A stretch of DNA of 64,000 bases from Mobula hypostoma (GCF_963921235.1 NC_086118.1:26600001-26664000); one strand, 5' to 3'. Shown: positions 1 to 13,499, counted from the stretch's first letter. A program made the numbers and translations. Notes: generated by a model not told the origin, from the letters alone.

Positions 1-1710
1 GATATTCCCACTTTAATATTTGTCATTTATTAAATGTTATTTATTCTCCGTCTAAGGAGATATCAGAATGTGTGATACCTTTACATGCTGAAAAGGCTTT
101 CGATCAGCTTGAATGAAATTATTTATTTAAAACCTTAGAAAAACTTAATTTTGGGCCCGATTTTATTCAATGGATTAAATTACTTTATTTATCTCCCACT
201 GCTTGGGTTCTTACTAATTTTCAGAATTCCAAACCTTTCAAACTTCAGCACGGAACCAGACAAGGTTGTCCCTTGAGCCCTTTGCTCGGGCCTTAGAGCC
301 CTTAGCCATTGCTTTTCGAGAATCTAATGATATTATTGGTATTTTAAGGAGAGGTACTATCCATAAAGTTTCGCTTTATGCTGATGACCTATTGCTTTTT
401 ATTTCTAATGTCGAGGCTTTGTTACCTCCTGCGCTTTCTTTACTCTCTTGCTTTGGCCAGTTTTCAGGATATAACCTGAATTTACATAAGAGTGAACTTT
501 TTCCTTTGAATAATTTGGTATCAATTAATACTAACCTTCCTTTTAAAACTGTAAGAAATCAATTTACCCATTTGGGTGTAACAATTACTAAGAATTATAA
601 ACACCTACTTAAAGAAAATTTTCTTACCCTTCTGAATTATGTAAAAAGGGCACTATCAAACTGGTCGCCTCTTTCGTTATCATTGATTGGCTAAATTAAC
701 TCTATTAAAATGAATATTTTACCTAAATTTATACACCTTTTTTGGGCCTTACCCGTTTTTATTCCTAAATCCTTTTTTGACTCTCTTGATTCTATTATAT
801 CTTCTTATATATGGAAAAATAAACATTCTCAACTAAATAAAGTTATCTTCCAAAAGCTAAAAAGAATGGCGGTTTAGCTTTACCAAATTTTAGGTTTTAT
901 TATTGGGCAGTCAATATAAGAAATCTTATGTTTTGGTCATATTATATTAACCGTGAGGGCTGTCCAATATGGGTTTCTTTAGAAGCTACTTCTATTAATA
1001 AATTTTCTATCATTTCTCTTCTTGGATCCTCACTTCCTTTATCCTTAAGTAAATTAACTGATAATTTGGTAGTTAAACATACTTTGAGGATCTGGGCACA
1101 ATTTAGAAAATATTTTGGTTTAATGGGATTTTCTCTTTCAAGTCCCATTTTTTCTAATTATTTTTTAAACCCTCTATGACCGATCCAGTTTTTAAAGAAT
1201 GGGATGGATTGGGTATTAAATGCTTCCAGGATTTGTTTGTTCAAGGAAGTCTCCTTTCATTTGAGCAATCGTCAGCTAAATATAGCTTACCAAAAAAACC
1301 ACTTTTTTCCGATATCTACAAATTAGAGAATTACTGCGTTCTCAATTATGTTCATTTCCTAATAGTCCCCATAAGGACTTATTTGATGTAATTTCTAATT
1401 TGAAATCCTTTCATAATGGTTCAATATCCAATATTTTTGGCATGTTGTTGGGAATGAGAAATGCTCCTTTAGACAAAATTAAAAATCTCTGGGAACAACA
1501 TTTACAGACTTCAATTTCTGAGGGAACTTGGAATGAAATTTTTAAATTGGTTAGCACTTCGTTATGTGCCCGCCACTCCCTCCTACAATTCAAAGTGGTC
1601 CATAGGGCTCATATGATTAAGGATAAGCCATCTTGTTTTTATTTGGATATATCTCCCTTTTCAGATAAGTGAAACAATGGAGAAGCTTCATTAATTCACA
1701 TGTTTTTTGG
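1..1710 (+). mobile_element. Decayed L1/Tx1-type LINE ORF2 fragment (RT to C-terminal zinc knuckle), running off the window start
   Basis: Translated motifs LHAEKAFDQLE (cf. LDAEKAFDRVEW), [25 protein letters not shown] and CARHSLLQFKVVHRAHM...LIHMF. Interrupted by stops and frameshifts. Confidence 0.9.
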
Positions 1711-1854
1711 ACTTCTTGTATCTTACTTGGTTGCCACAGCTGAATGCCTCTGATCTACCCTCAGCAGATTGCGGATCTCATGATTCGTCCAGGGCTTCTA
1801 GTTGGGTAAGGCTCTGAATGATTTCGTGGGGACACGCTCATCTACGACATTTAA

Positions 1855-2345
1855 GAGACATGAAGTGATGCTGCAGCTTTATAACACAAGTTGGACCACA
1901 TGTCCAATCTTTCCTTACAGCAGATATTGCTTGGATTCTAGGCATGTGCTACAAGGAGAAATTGGACAAGCTTGGGTTGTATTCACTGGAGCAGCGGAGG
2001 CTGTACAAGATCACCAGAGGCACCAATAGACAGACAATATCAGTGTTGAAATGTCTAATATCAGACGGCATGCATTTACAGTGGTGGTAGTGGGTGTGGG
2101 GGGGGGAAGGGAGGAGTTGTACGGGGCATTTTTTAAAAAACAGCGTGGTTCAGTGCCTGGAATGTGTTGCCTAGGGCGGCAGTAGAGGAGGCAAATACAA
2201 TGGAAGCATACAAGAGGAAATTTAAGAATAGAGGGACATGGACATTGTGTAGACAGAGGGATTAATTTAGTTGGGCATTTGATAGATAAATTCAGCACAA
2301 CAAATGTGGTTCAAAGAGCCGATTCCTGTGCTGTACTATTCCGTG
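1855..2345 (+). mobile_element. Degenerate CR1 LINE 3' fragment
   Basis: EVMLQLY-like start and a tail resembling the better-preserved CR1 at 3505-4057 (tgtggttcaaagagcc..ctgtgctgtactatt). Confidence 0.6.
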
Positions 2346-2354
2346 AATGTCCAT

Positions 2355-2612
2355 CATACTGACCTTCACCATCAGGGACATGCCCTCTTCTCATTACAGT
2401 ACTACCACCAGGAAAGACGCACGAGCCCAAAGATCCATACTCAATTATTCAGACACAGCTTCTTCACCTTTGCCAGCAGATTTCTGCAGTCCATGATCAC
2501 TACTGCATTGTACCATTTTTACATGATTTTATGATTTAACGCAAGTTTAAGTCAGTGCACTGCACAAATTTGACATCAGATAAGAATGATAGTAAACTTT
2601 ATTCCATTATTA
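2355..2612 (+). mobile_element. Degenerate Rex1/Babar-like LINE 3' end
   Basis: DLHHQGHALFSL matches the DPHHPGHALFSLLP C-terminus of the copy at 37472-38095. Confidence 0.55.
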
Positions 2613-2929
2613 CTAGAGAACTGTTAAAAAACTAAGAAAATACTTTTACATGTATTTTACATAATATTCAGTCAAAAATGGTTGATTTTGTGTCTGTCAG
2701 CCAGCAGAGTAAACAATTGCTTCGAAGATCATCTGTTACAATGTTAAACTGAACTTTGGACTTATTAGATTCCTACAGACTTAAGTAACAAATACAAGGT
2801 TAAAGTCCACTTATTTTTGAAAACATAAGTTACTAATGAGTGTAGATTTTAGAAATTATTTACCATTGGAGGTGGAGAAAGCATCTGTGTTCCCAGAGCC
2901 TGCTCTCCTATGATGGATCATAATACTTA

Positions 2930-3310
2930 TTTAAGGTTCATTCGTGGCACGCGAGAGCAGCTGACAAGGCCACCATTTACTGACTATCTCCATCTCCCTT
3001 TAATTGAGCAGCTTGCTAAATCATTTCAGCACCTGGTAAAGCATCAAATACATTGGTGCATGTCTGAGTCACACACAGACCAGACAAGATAAGCATGACA
3101 TATTACCTTCCCTCAAGGATGTTAGTTAAATACACGGATATTTACAGCAAGTCTCTAGTTTCATTGTCACCATTACTAATTCCAATCTTCTTTATCTCAG
3201 ATTGATGATTTTAAATTACCCAAAGAGCCGGTGGGACATGAATGCATGTCTGGGAAATTAGACCAAGCCTTATTACTACTAGTCCAATGTCAAAAATCAC
3301 TATCCTGACA
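2930..3310 (-). mobile_element. Old tRNA-derived SINE remnant (related copy at about 32880-33200)
   Basis: Shares body sequence (ttccctcaaggatgttagt / ttactgaaggacattagt ... cattactaat / cataactgag) with 32880-33200. Degraded tRNA-like head on the minus strand. Confidence 0.4.
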
Positions 3311-3504
3311 TTGTCAATATGGGATGTATGACATCTCCACATAAGCTGTTCCCCATCAACACCTTTACTTAGCAATTATTCATTTAAAATTTCACCTCTC
3401 TCTGTATAAAGAACATTTCCCTCTGTGCCCCTCCTCCTTCCCTTTATCCCCATGGTCCACTCTCCTCTCCTATAAGGTTCAGGGTTCACCTACCACCTTC
3501 TAGA

Positions 3505-4057
3505 TTGCAGCTCTATAAAACTCTGGTTAGGCCACACTTGGAGTACTGTGTCCAGTTCTGGTCACCTCACTATAGGAAGGATGTGGAAGCATTGGAAAGG
3601 GTACAGAGGAGATTTACCAGGATGCTGCCTGGTTTAGAAAGTATGCATCATGATCAGAGATTAAGGGAGCTAGGGCTTTACTCTTTGGGGAGGAGGAGGA
3701 TGAGAGGAGACATGATAGAGGTATACAAGATAATAAGAGGAATAGATAGAGTGGATAGCCAGCGCCTCTTCCCCAGGGCACAACTGCTCAATACAAGAGG
3801 ACATGGCTTTAAGGCAAGGGGTGGGAAGTTCAAGGGGGATATTAGAGGAAGGTTTTTTACTCAGAGAGTGGTTGGTGCGTGGAATGCACTGCCTGAGTCA
3901 GTGGTGGAGGCAGATACACTAGTGAAGTTTAAGAGACTACTAGACTGGTATATGGAGGAATCTAAGGTGGGGGCTTATATGGGAGGCAGGGTTTGAGGGT
4001 CGACACAACATTGTGGGCCGAAGGGCCTGTACTGTGCTGTACTATTCTATGTTCTAT
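3505..4057 (+). mobile_element. 5'-truncated CR1 LINE (ORF2 C-terminus plus 3' tail)
   Basis: ORF LYKTLVRPHLEYCVQFWSPHYRKDVEALERVQRR...FFTQRVVGAWNALP and a (TTCTATG)-type tail. Confidence 0.93.
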
Positions 4058-4192
4058 ACTCCTTTCCCTGCCCCCAACATCTTATTCTGGCTTCTTTACT
4101 CATTCCTTTCTAGTCCTGATGAAGTGTCACGGCCCGAACGTCAACGCTTCATTCCTTTTCATAGATGCTGTCTGACTTTTCGTGTCAGACTC

Positions 4193-4362
4193 ACTGCCTG
4201 AGTCAGTGGTGGAGACAGATACACTAGTGAAATTTAAGAGGCTACTAGACAGGTATATGGAAGAATTTAAGGTGGGGGTTATATGGGAGGCAGGGATTGA
4301 GGGTCGGCAAAACAATGCGGGCTGAAGGGCCTGTACTGTGCTGTACTATTCTATATTCTATG
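4193..4362 (+). mobile_element. Second short CR1 3' end of the same family
   Basis: Near-copy of 3888-4057 (actgcctgagtcagtggtggag...ctgtactattctatattcta). Confidence 0.88.
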
Positions 4363-5007
4363 ACTTGCTGAGTTCCTCCAGCATTTTGCGTGGTTATTTC
4401 CCAATTTCACTCTCCAGAGTCAAGGCTCTACTTTTCTGTTTATATGTCTCAATGCTGGACTCCAGCACTGCAAAATCAGTTTCTCTCCATAAAAACATTC
4501 CACTATATAGTATCCTTAAATTTTAAACTTTCAATCTCAGCTTAAATGGAACACAGCCCTAATTTCTACACTATTGCTTTATGTTTTGACTCCTGCAAGC
4601 ATAGCGCTATTCTCGTAAATGCAATCTGTATTCAGTGTTAGGCTGAGATACTTCCTGTGAAGCAGGGCCTGGTTCTGCTAACAATACAGAGATGTTTGAT
4701 CAGGGTTTGTTTAACTGTGTAATAATTTCTTCTCATACATTTCTAGTCTTCAAGGTAGTTTATGAAGGTCAACAATCCCTTAGATTCGTTTTGATTATCT
4801 TCACTAACTGCCTGTGCAATTGTAATCACTTATGAATTGGTTCCTCCACCCTACACAAATATTTGGATTTTCTTGTTCTACCTTCTACTATTTAGAGAGC
4901 ACACTAATTTTGTAATTGAGCCTGTTGTCTGAACTTTACTGGACTAAGGCTACAAGTACCACTGGACAACTGGTGGCAGAGGTTGCTAATAGAAGATGAC
5001 TGGTGTT

Positions 5008-6080
5008 CAGAATCAGAGCCAGAATCAGGTTTGATATCACTGGCATATGCCATGAATTTTGTTGTTTTGCAGCTGTAGTACATTGCAATGCATAATAATA
5101 AAAACTATACATTAAAATAAGTACATATAAAGAGAAAATTAAACTAAATAAGTAGAGCAAAAAGAGAGGTAGGATTCATGGGTTCACTGTCCATTCAGAA
5201 ATCTTTCTTTTCTTTCTTAACTTTTTCAATCTTTTTATTAGTTTCAAGAAATCAGGTGGTGGATGGGAAGAAGCCATTCCTGAAACATTGAGTGTGTGTG
5301 TGTTCAGGCTCCTGTACCTACTCCCTGGAGGTAGCAATGAGAAGGGGGCACATCCTGGGTGATGGAGGTCCTCAATGATGGATACCGTCTTTCTGAAGCA
5401 TCACCTTTGAAAGTGTCCTGGATGCTGGGGAGACCAGTACCCGTGATGGAGCTGGAAGATTTCACAACTTTCTACAGTTTTCCCCCCAATCCTGTGGCCC
5501 CTCCATACCAGAAGCTGATGCAAACAGTTAAAATACTCTCCATGGCACATCTGTAGACATTTGCGAGTATTGTTGGTGACATACCAATTCACCTCCAACC
5601 CCTAATGGAATATAGCATTGTCATGCCTTCATTGTAATTGCATCAGTATGTTGAGCCCTACTCACCCTCTCTACTTCTGATCCCTCAATGAGGACTGGTG
5701 TGTTGTGGCACCACTCAGCCAGATTTTCAGTCTCCCTCCTATATGCTGATTCATCACCATCTTTGATTTGGATAATGACAGTGGTGTCATCAGCAAGCGG
5801 AAATATGGCACTGGAGCTGTACTTAGCCACACAGACATGAAATATAAAGCAGGGGGTAAAGCACACAGCCTTGTGGTGCACCAGTGCTGATGGAGATTGG
5901 GGAGGAGATGTTGTTACCAATCCTAACTCACTGGGGTCTGCAACTGAGGAAACTGGGGATCCAGTTGCACAAGGAGGTATTAAGGCCTAGGTGCTGAAGC
6001 TTATTGATTAGATTTGAGGGATAACAGTGTTGAATGCTGCTCTATAATCAATGACGAGCATCCTGATGTATGCATCTTTG
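5008..6080 (-). mobile_element. Rex1/Babar-type LINE fragment (RT to 3' end)
   Basis: Minus-strand YIRMLVIDYRAAFNTVIP and LADDTTVIIQIKDGDESAYRRE. (TCTGAT)-type tail seen as agaatc repeats at 5008-5030. Confidence 0.82.
5204..5246 (-). mobile_element. Tail-only L1-type insertion (about 43 bp) inside the Rex1-like element
   Basis: Minus strand reads AATAAAAAGATTGAAAAAG..AAGAAAGAAAAGAAA, like the L1 tails at 24159 and 56930. Flanked by AGAAATC (5197-5203 and 5247-5253). The uninterrupted site ccattcagaaatctgatgg occurs near 30274. Confidence 0.7.
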
Positions 6081-6965
6081 CAAGCTGTAAGTAAGCAGTT
6101 TTTTTTTGTGTATAATTTCCTGTGTGGGTTAAATTTGGATTTCAACTTGAAGCACATGGTGGAAAGACATTCACCTCCAACCGCTATTTGCCCTTGAAAA
6201 AGCAATATGTTTTCATAAAGTAAGATCTCATTAAAAACCTTGAAGGAGGCTCCGATAAGGTGTTTAACTCACCGCATAGCTTTGTACATGTGCATTGCGA
6301 GAGCAGTAGATAAATGCTTCAGTATTTGTTAAGATCAGTGAACTGCCTCTACAACTGAAGATGAATGGGCCGGCTCTTCTCAGATATCCTCAGAATATAT
6401 TTAAAATTCTGCAACATTTTTGTTTAATTCACAATAAAAACAGCATTTATTCTCATCACTGACCATAAAGCAGGAGGGCTAATTACAAGATGGTAGATTT
6501 GCAGGGCCCCATCTCAAAACATCAAGACATAATTCCAGAATCCTATAAACTGAAAACATAATTTTATTTCTTTTTTAAAAAATAGCACTTTAGCTAATAG
6601 TGCTGAACGTTAAAGACCACCTCTGGATTCCCAAAGATAAAACAGACAATCTTGAAATTAGCTGTCGTCTTTCGGGATACCTAACCCATAACATAATAGG
6701 TGACACCACTGATTGGATTGCAAACATTTCAACACTGAAAAAAATTTAAGTTGCAGAAAAGTAGTGGTAGTGTTCACTCAAGCATGTTCAGTGCACCTTT
6801 CCAATGCCATAATTGCAAATGCCCTTCTTGGCCATAGGCCAAGAACTTGCAAAAGACACCAGCATTAATCCTCAAAGTTTATTAAAAGTCATCTTCATCA
6901 TCATTTCAACTTTACAAAAGAAACAAAAAAAATCAAAAGAACATTATTACACTCATGTCCTATGG

Positions 6966-8270
6966 CAGCAGTCCCTAACCACCGGGCCGCGAGGAAACAA
7001 TATGATTTGGCGATATGCGTCAGCTGCACCTTTCCTCATTCCCTGTCACGCCCACTGTTGAACTTGGACGCACGCGAGGTCATTACCCACGCGTCATCCA
7101 TTTCAGCGCGGGAAGAAGATCAACTCCTCGAGCTTACAAATGACGGTGGGCTGAAAAGTACGTTTGACATAACATCTCTGCCGACATTCTGGATCAAAGT
7201 AAAGGCTGAATATCCTGAGATAGCCACGGAAGCACTGGAAATGTTGCTTCCATTTCCAACATATCTCTGCGAAGTGGGGTTTGCTGCATTGAACGCAACA
7301 AAAACTAAATTGCGGAATAGACTGGACATAAGGAGCCCCCTTCGAGTATCGCTGTCTCCCATCAACCTGCGATAGGACGGTGTTGTTGCAGGAAAACAAG
7401 CCCAGGGCTCCCACTGATTCAGCGATATTGGTGTGTTGCAATGATTTTATATGTTCATACGAGGAAAATATGCGCTGTGTGTTTAATATCCAAACGTTAC
7501 TTAAAATGTTATGATGCTATTGACTTATAATTCACTTACCACTATATTCATGCGAGGAAGATATGCGCTGTGTGTTTAATATTAAATTTATTAGATAAAC
7601 CTTTTTAGAAATGAAATTGAGTGTATTAACCACTTATAAGTGACCTATAGTTGACTTATCACCTATATTCTGGTCGTGATTAATACCCTGCTCCCCCCCC
7701 AGGGTTGCCAACTGTCCCGTATTAGCTGGAACATCCCATATATTGGGCTAAATTGGTTTGTCCCATACAGGACCACCCTTGTCCCGTATTTCCCCCGCTA
7801 AAGTAGAGCGTTCCTATGAAACCTTCCTTGCCAAAACGGCGTAAAGTGAAGAAGCAATTACCATTAATTTATATGGGAAAAACTTTTGAGCGTTCCCAGA
7901 CCTAAAAAATAACCTACCAAATCATACCAAATAACACATAAAACCTAAAATAACACTAACATATAGTAAAAGCAGGAATGACATGATAAATACACAGACT
8001 ATATAAAGTAGAAATAATGTACGTACAGTGTAGTTTCACTGAACAGAATCTCCAAAACCAATTTGTAGAAAAAAAATCGGCACGTACACGCATGGGCACA
8101 TAGGTGCCAGTGCAAGGATTCATGGTCATGGTAGTCTTTCTTGGAGTAAACACAGTGAGAAAGTTGGCAACCCTACCCCGTCGCCCCCCCGCCGCTCCCG
8201 GTCGGTCAATCCGCAAGAATATTGTCAATATTAAAGTGGTCCGCAGTGCAAAAAAGGTTGGGGACCCCTG
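6966..8270 (+). mobile_element. Non-autonomous hAT (Charlie-like) DNA transposon retaining the transposase C-terminal dimerization region
   Basis: TIRs CAGCAGTCCCTAACC / GGTTGGGGACCCCTG. Perfect 8-bp TSD TCCTATGG (6958-6965, 8271-8278). Peptide FWIKVKAEYPEIATEALEMLLPFPTYLCEVGFA..TKLRNRLD. Confidence 0.92.
7700..8175. mobile_element. hAT-type MITE nested in the Charlie-like element
   Basis: TIRs AGGGTTGCCAACT / AGTTGGCAACCCT. This segment is absent from the second Charlie copy (42945-43770). The TSD is obscured by a poly-C tract. Confidence 0.8.
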
Positions 8271-9899
8271 TCCTATGGCACCAACGACTGTGCCCAGCGA
8301 CATCTAAAGTGGCAGCACACATTTTGGTTTCAAGAGCGAAGCCATAGCAGGCACGAGGTCTCCATTTAGCACGGGCCTCATGCACTGAAGCAGCCCTGAC
8401 ACAAAGGTTATTTATAGAAAGCATACATTTACCCACCATGCTGCAGGGGGAGAGAGAGAGAGAGATGCTCATCTTGTTGTAGGTAGGATCTTTAAGTCCT
8501 TCTTCCTGTCCCCATTCCTCATTGAAAATACTCTTTGTAACCTCCAAAGCTGTCTGCACTAACCCCTCCTCAAAGGCCCATCTTCCTCAACTCCATTTTT
8601 GTCACTACCTGGTTCCTGTTATCCTCTCTCCCAGCATCCCAGCTTGGGCCTCATACGCCATCAATTATTCTAGTCTGCAGACCTCACACAAATGCGGCCT
8701 ATTTCCCCTCATGCCTGGCCCCCTGATTTAACAGTCACAATACAGCTTCTTGTACACAGTCCCTTACATCATGGGAAAATAATTTCCTGGGCTGAGCAAA
8801 TTCTTGTGATCGCATTTTACAAAATTCTCCAGGCAACAAGCTGGCAAAATAACTTGCAGTGCAAAACAATATACAATAACTTGATTTTGTAGTCGTAACT
8901 GAAGAAAGCTTTAATAATACATGGTTATCAATTGAAATACAGTTCTGTTTCTCCCCCTGCAATGACAGGTAACATCATTCACAATAAACACACACTTTTT
9001 TTTTATATAACCATCAATAGAAAAATGAGATAAGCTGTACACAATTTAAGACTGAAGTTCTGCAACCAACCTATTAAATGCAACAAAACTGGGAGCCCAC
9101 ACCCAAAACCTCTATATTCTGTGCACAATTATGTAATGATAATATTAGCATTTTTATTACACTAGATGTCAAATCAGGAGTGTACTGCCACTCAAACATT
9201 TGATGAAATTTTACTTTGTTCAGCTGACATTTAACGTCTAAAGTCATTCCATCAGCATCGCGCATACCAGACAAACCAGGTGGACCACAAAGCCAGACAG
9301 ACACTCACAAAAACTGCCACGTAAACTACCCTAGAGCGAGCTTATAGGCTGGCACGTCTACAGCAGTGGCTGAGACTGATTCAACTACTTTGATTTTATT
9401 CTGCTCGTTCAAAACATCTGAATGGATATATGCTGTCTAGTGATGTATTCCCAGTTACATTTACTCTATATCTCACTGAGTGGAAACAAAATGAAAGCTG
9501 CAGTGATTTTTGGAATCTAGAATTGAAATGCCACAGAGCATCCTTTCTGCTACTGAACTGAGTTGCTTTTGAAGTACCTCCCTTGACATTGACATAACTG
9601 TCACACAAGATCTTAGAATATTAAAGCAGAAATCAGATTCAATACAATAAAGCATCAGTGATTTCTGGAAGGGGTTTTAAGAATATTCACTCAAAGCAAG
9701 CCCTACCTAGAACATATCTTTGCACCCAAATGTGAAATTATTACCAATGGGAGTTTCTACTCACTTCCATGTTTCCCAAGAAACAGAAATTTCAGGAATT
9801 AGATTGGGAAGCAGCAAATATAACTCCTTCACTTTGTAAAAGAAATAGAAATCAGGAAACTCTTGGTCAGTCAGTTGTTATAAATCGTCAGAAGCACAA

Positions 9900-10435
9900 T
9901 TAGAATCAGAATCAGGTTTAACATCACGAGCACATGCCATGAAATTTGTTAACTTTGTAGCAGCGGTACAATGCAATACATAATTATAGAGAAAAAACTG
10001 AATTACAATATGAATATATGTACAGTATATTTAGTTAAATTAAAATAATTAGTTAAATTAAATCAGAAATAAGTAAAAAGTAGTGAGGTAGTGTTCATGG
10101 GTTCAATGTCCATTTAGGAATCAGATGGCAGAGGGGAAGAAGCTGTTCCTGAACCACTGAGTGTGTGCCTTCAGGCTTCTGTACCCGCTTCCTGACGGTA
10201 AAAATGAGAAGAAGGCACCTTTGGGTGGTGGGGGTCCTTAATGATGGACACCACCTCCCCAAGGCACCACTCTGTTTAGATGTCTTAGATATTATGGAAG
10301 CTGATAGCCATGATGGAGATGACCAATTTTACAACTTTCTGCAGCATACTTCGATCCTGTACAGTAAACAACCCACCCCCACCACCACCCATACCAGATG
10401 GTGATGCAGCCAGTTAGAATCCTTTCCATAGTACA
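9900..10435 (-). mobile_element. Rex1/Babar-type LINE 3' end
   Basis: agaatcagaatcaggtttaa tail and body similar to 5008-5560. Confidence 0.78.
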
Positions 10436-10499
10436 TGTTAAATGTTAGAATCATAAATGCTAGAGTGTTATAATGTTATTTTGTAGATGTTATAGCAGA

Positions 10500-13425
10500 C
10501 AGAAGATTTCAAAGTAATCAGGAAAAGCCAGTATCTGTTTTTGAAAGGGAAATCATATTTGACCAATTCATTAGAATTTTTTGAAGAAACCATATGTATC
10601 TTGGATAAAGGGGAAAATCGGTGAATGTACTAAATTTGATTTCCAGAAGGCCTTTGATAAGATGTCGCATCATCGGTTACTGAGGAACTAAAAGCTCATG
10701 GCATAAAAGGTATTATGAGGAAAAGATTAACTGGCCAAAATAAAGCAGCAAGTAGTAGCAGAAAATATAATGAGTGATGTGCCACGGGGATTGGCACCAG
10801 CGCACAACTTGTACAATCTAAATTAATGACTTCAATGAGTACACTGAAAGTATGGTTGCTAACATTTCAAATGACACAAAGATAGGTAGGAAAGCAAATT
10901 GTATAAAAGACACAATGTTTAAAAGGCATTCAAGTAATTCAGTGAGAATAGATCTGCAGGAAACTGTGAAATTGTCCATTTTGGCAACAGAAATTTTTAA
11001 AAAATAATCAGAGAGAAATTGCAATGTTCTACTATGCACATGGATTTAGGTGTTTTTATGCACAATTCACTAAAAGAATATTACACTGCCGCAACAAGTA
11101 ATTGAGAAAACTAACGCTTATTGCTTATCGTGAGGCAAAAGTATTCAATTAGTCAGTAGTCAGATGGCATCTAAGCTACGTATGAGGCCTTGTTGAGGTT
11201 CGAACTGGAATGCCATGTACAGTATTGGTTTCAAATTAAATGAAGAGCAAAAAACATCGCAAGTACTTCAGAGGTTAACTAGAATCAGTGGATTGTCTTA
11301 ATGAGGAAAGTTTGGAAAGGCGAGGGTTCTGTATGCTAGATTTTAGAAGAGTGAGACAGAACTTAACAGACACTAGATCCTGAAGATTCTCAACAAGCCA
11401 CATACAGAGCGGAAGGCAATGAACTTAACCTGTTCTTTAACAGATTTGACAGTATGGCCCCTGCCCATCCCACACGAGTCATCTGTTGTCGGCCCCCAAC
11501 CAACACATATTCCACTCTCCCCTCCTACTCCTCCTCACAGTCCCCCACTCTGCTCTCATGACTATACCACTTCCCCACACGAAACCACCACGGTGGGTTT
11601 CACAGCTCTACAGGTGAGAAGACAGCTGAAACGTCTCAACCCAAACAAGGCTGCAGGACCGGATGGTGTCAGTACCAGGGTGCTCAAAGCCCGAGCCCCT
11701 CAGCTATGTGGAGTACTTTGCCGTGTATTCAACCTGAGCCTGAGGCTCCGGAGGGTTCCTGTATTGTGGAAGACGCCCTGCCTCGTCCCTGTGCCAAAGA
11801 CGCCACGCCCCAGCGGCCTCAATGACTACAGACCGGTGGCATTGACCTCCCACATCATGAAGACCCTGGAGAGACTTGTTCCGGAGCTGCTCCGGCCCAT
11901 GGTCAGGCCACACTTAGATCCCCTCCAGTTCGCCTACCAGCCCCGACTAAGAGTTGAGGATGCCATCGTCTTCCTGCTGAACTGTGTCTAAGCCCACCTG
12001 GACAAGCCAGCGAGCACTGTGAGGGTCATGTTTTTTGACTTCTCCAGTGCGTTCAACACCATCCGCCCTGCTCTGCTGGGGGAGAAGCTGACAGCGATGC
12101 AGGTGGATGCTTCCCTGGTGTCATGGATTCTTGATTACCTGACTGGCAGACCACAGTATGTGTGCGTGCAACATTGTGTGTCTGACAGAGTGATCAGCAG
12201 CACAGGGGCTCCACAGGGGACTGTCTTGTCTCCCTTTCTCTTCACCATTTACACCTCGGACTTCAACTGCTGCACAGAGTCTTGTCATCTTCAGAAGTTT
12301 TCGGATGACTCTGCCATAGTTGGATGCATCAGCAAGGGAGATGAGGCTGAGTACAGGGCTACGGTAGGAAACTTTGTCACATGGTGTGAGCAGAATTATC
12401 TGCAGCTTAATGTGAAAAAGACTAAGGAGTTGGTGGTAGACCTGAGGAGAGCTAAGGTACCGGTGACCCCTGTTTCCATCCAGGGGGTCAGTGTGGACAT
12501 GGTGGAGGATTACAAATACCTGGGGTATGAATTGACAATAAACTGGACTGGTCAAAGAACACTGAGGCTGTCTACAAGAAGGGCCAGAGCAGTCTCTATT
12601 TCCTGAGGAGACTGAGGTCCTTTTACATCTGTCGGATGATGCTGAGGTTGTTCTACGAGTCTGTGGTGGCCAGTGCTATCACGTTTGCTGTTGTGTGCTG
12701 GGGCAGCAGGCTGAGGGTGGCAGACACCAACAGAACCAACAAACTCATTTGTAAGGCCAGTGATGTTGTGGGGATGGAACTGGACTCTCTGACGATGGTG
12801 TCTGAAAAGAGGATGCTGTCCAAGTTGCATACCATCTTGGACAATGTCTCCCATCCACTACATAATGGACTGGTTGGGCACAGGAGTACATTCAGCCAGA
12901 GACTCATTCCACCGAGATGCAACACAGAGCCTGTGACCATCAAACTTTACAACTCCTCCCTTGGAGGGTCAGACATCCTGAGCCAATAGGCTGGTCCTGG
13001 ACTTATTTCATAATTTACTGGCATAATTTACATATTACTATTTAACTATTTATGGTTCTATTACTAGTTATTATTTATGGAGCAACTGTAACGAAAACTA
13101 ATTTCCCCCGGGATTAATATAGTATGACTATGACTACTACTAGAAGGCTGTATTCTTGAGTGAGAGTATCTAAAGCATTGGGATTTTAGGGCAGGGTGAG
13201 GTAATTGTTTGTCCCCCTCACAAAACTGCTGTAGGGCTTTGGAATTCTGGAAGTAAGTAGAGATCGACAGACTCCTGAGAAGTTAAGACATGAAAAGGCT
13301 AGAGAAGATGGACAGGAATGGAGAGTTGAAGTTACAACCAGATCAGCCATCACTAAATGGCGGTGTGGATTCAAGGGGCTGAGTGGCTTAATCTTGTTCC
13401 TAATTTCATATTCACTTGTTCGGGG
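10500..13425 (+). mobile_element. Old CR1 LINE (RT to 3' end) split by the Rex1 insertion; arms at about 10500-11398 and 13141-13425
   Basis: KGKSYLTNSLEFFEE and DFQKAFDK motifs. CR1-type tail (tcaaggggctgagtggct..tcttgttcctaattt). Confidence 0.72.
11400..13140 (+). mobile_element. Rex1/Babar LINE, 5'-truncated and relatively young, with stop and frameshift
   Basis: KAAGPDG, NDYRPVALTSHIMKTLERL, LDPLQFAY, FFDFSSAFNTI, GAPQGTVLSPFLF, KFSDDSAIVG and YKYLG. Stop at 11989-11991. (ATGACT)n-type tail. Confidence 0.95.
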
Positions 13426-13499
13426 TTCAAGAACACCAAGAGATCTAGTTTCAAATTTTAGAATGAGAACGCAGAATAGTATGGCAAGGATGTTATTAA

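Larger units (their letters stand above)
3395..4440 (+). mobile_element. Penelope-like element 3' end interrupted by two CR1 insertions
   Basis: Pyrimidine-rich tract, degenerate hammerhead (tagtcctgatgaagtgtcacggcccgaacgtc, about 4111-4142) and the terminus gatgctg..tgctgagttcctccagcattttg shared with the GIY-YIG-bearing copy at 45524-46568. Confidence 0.7.

Noticed and set aside
6962..7375. Host ZBED5/ZBED8/SCAND3-like gene
   Set aside because: It lies between TIRs with an 8-bp TSD and has a second dispersed copy, so it is a transposon remnant rather than a domesticated gene.
11419..12989. Retron, DGR or other prokaryotic RT defence system
   Set aside because: The motifs and tail are those of a Rex1/Babar non-LTR retrotransposon with a stop and a frameshift, in vertebrate DNA.
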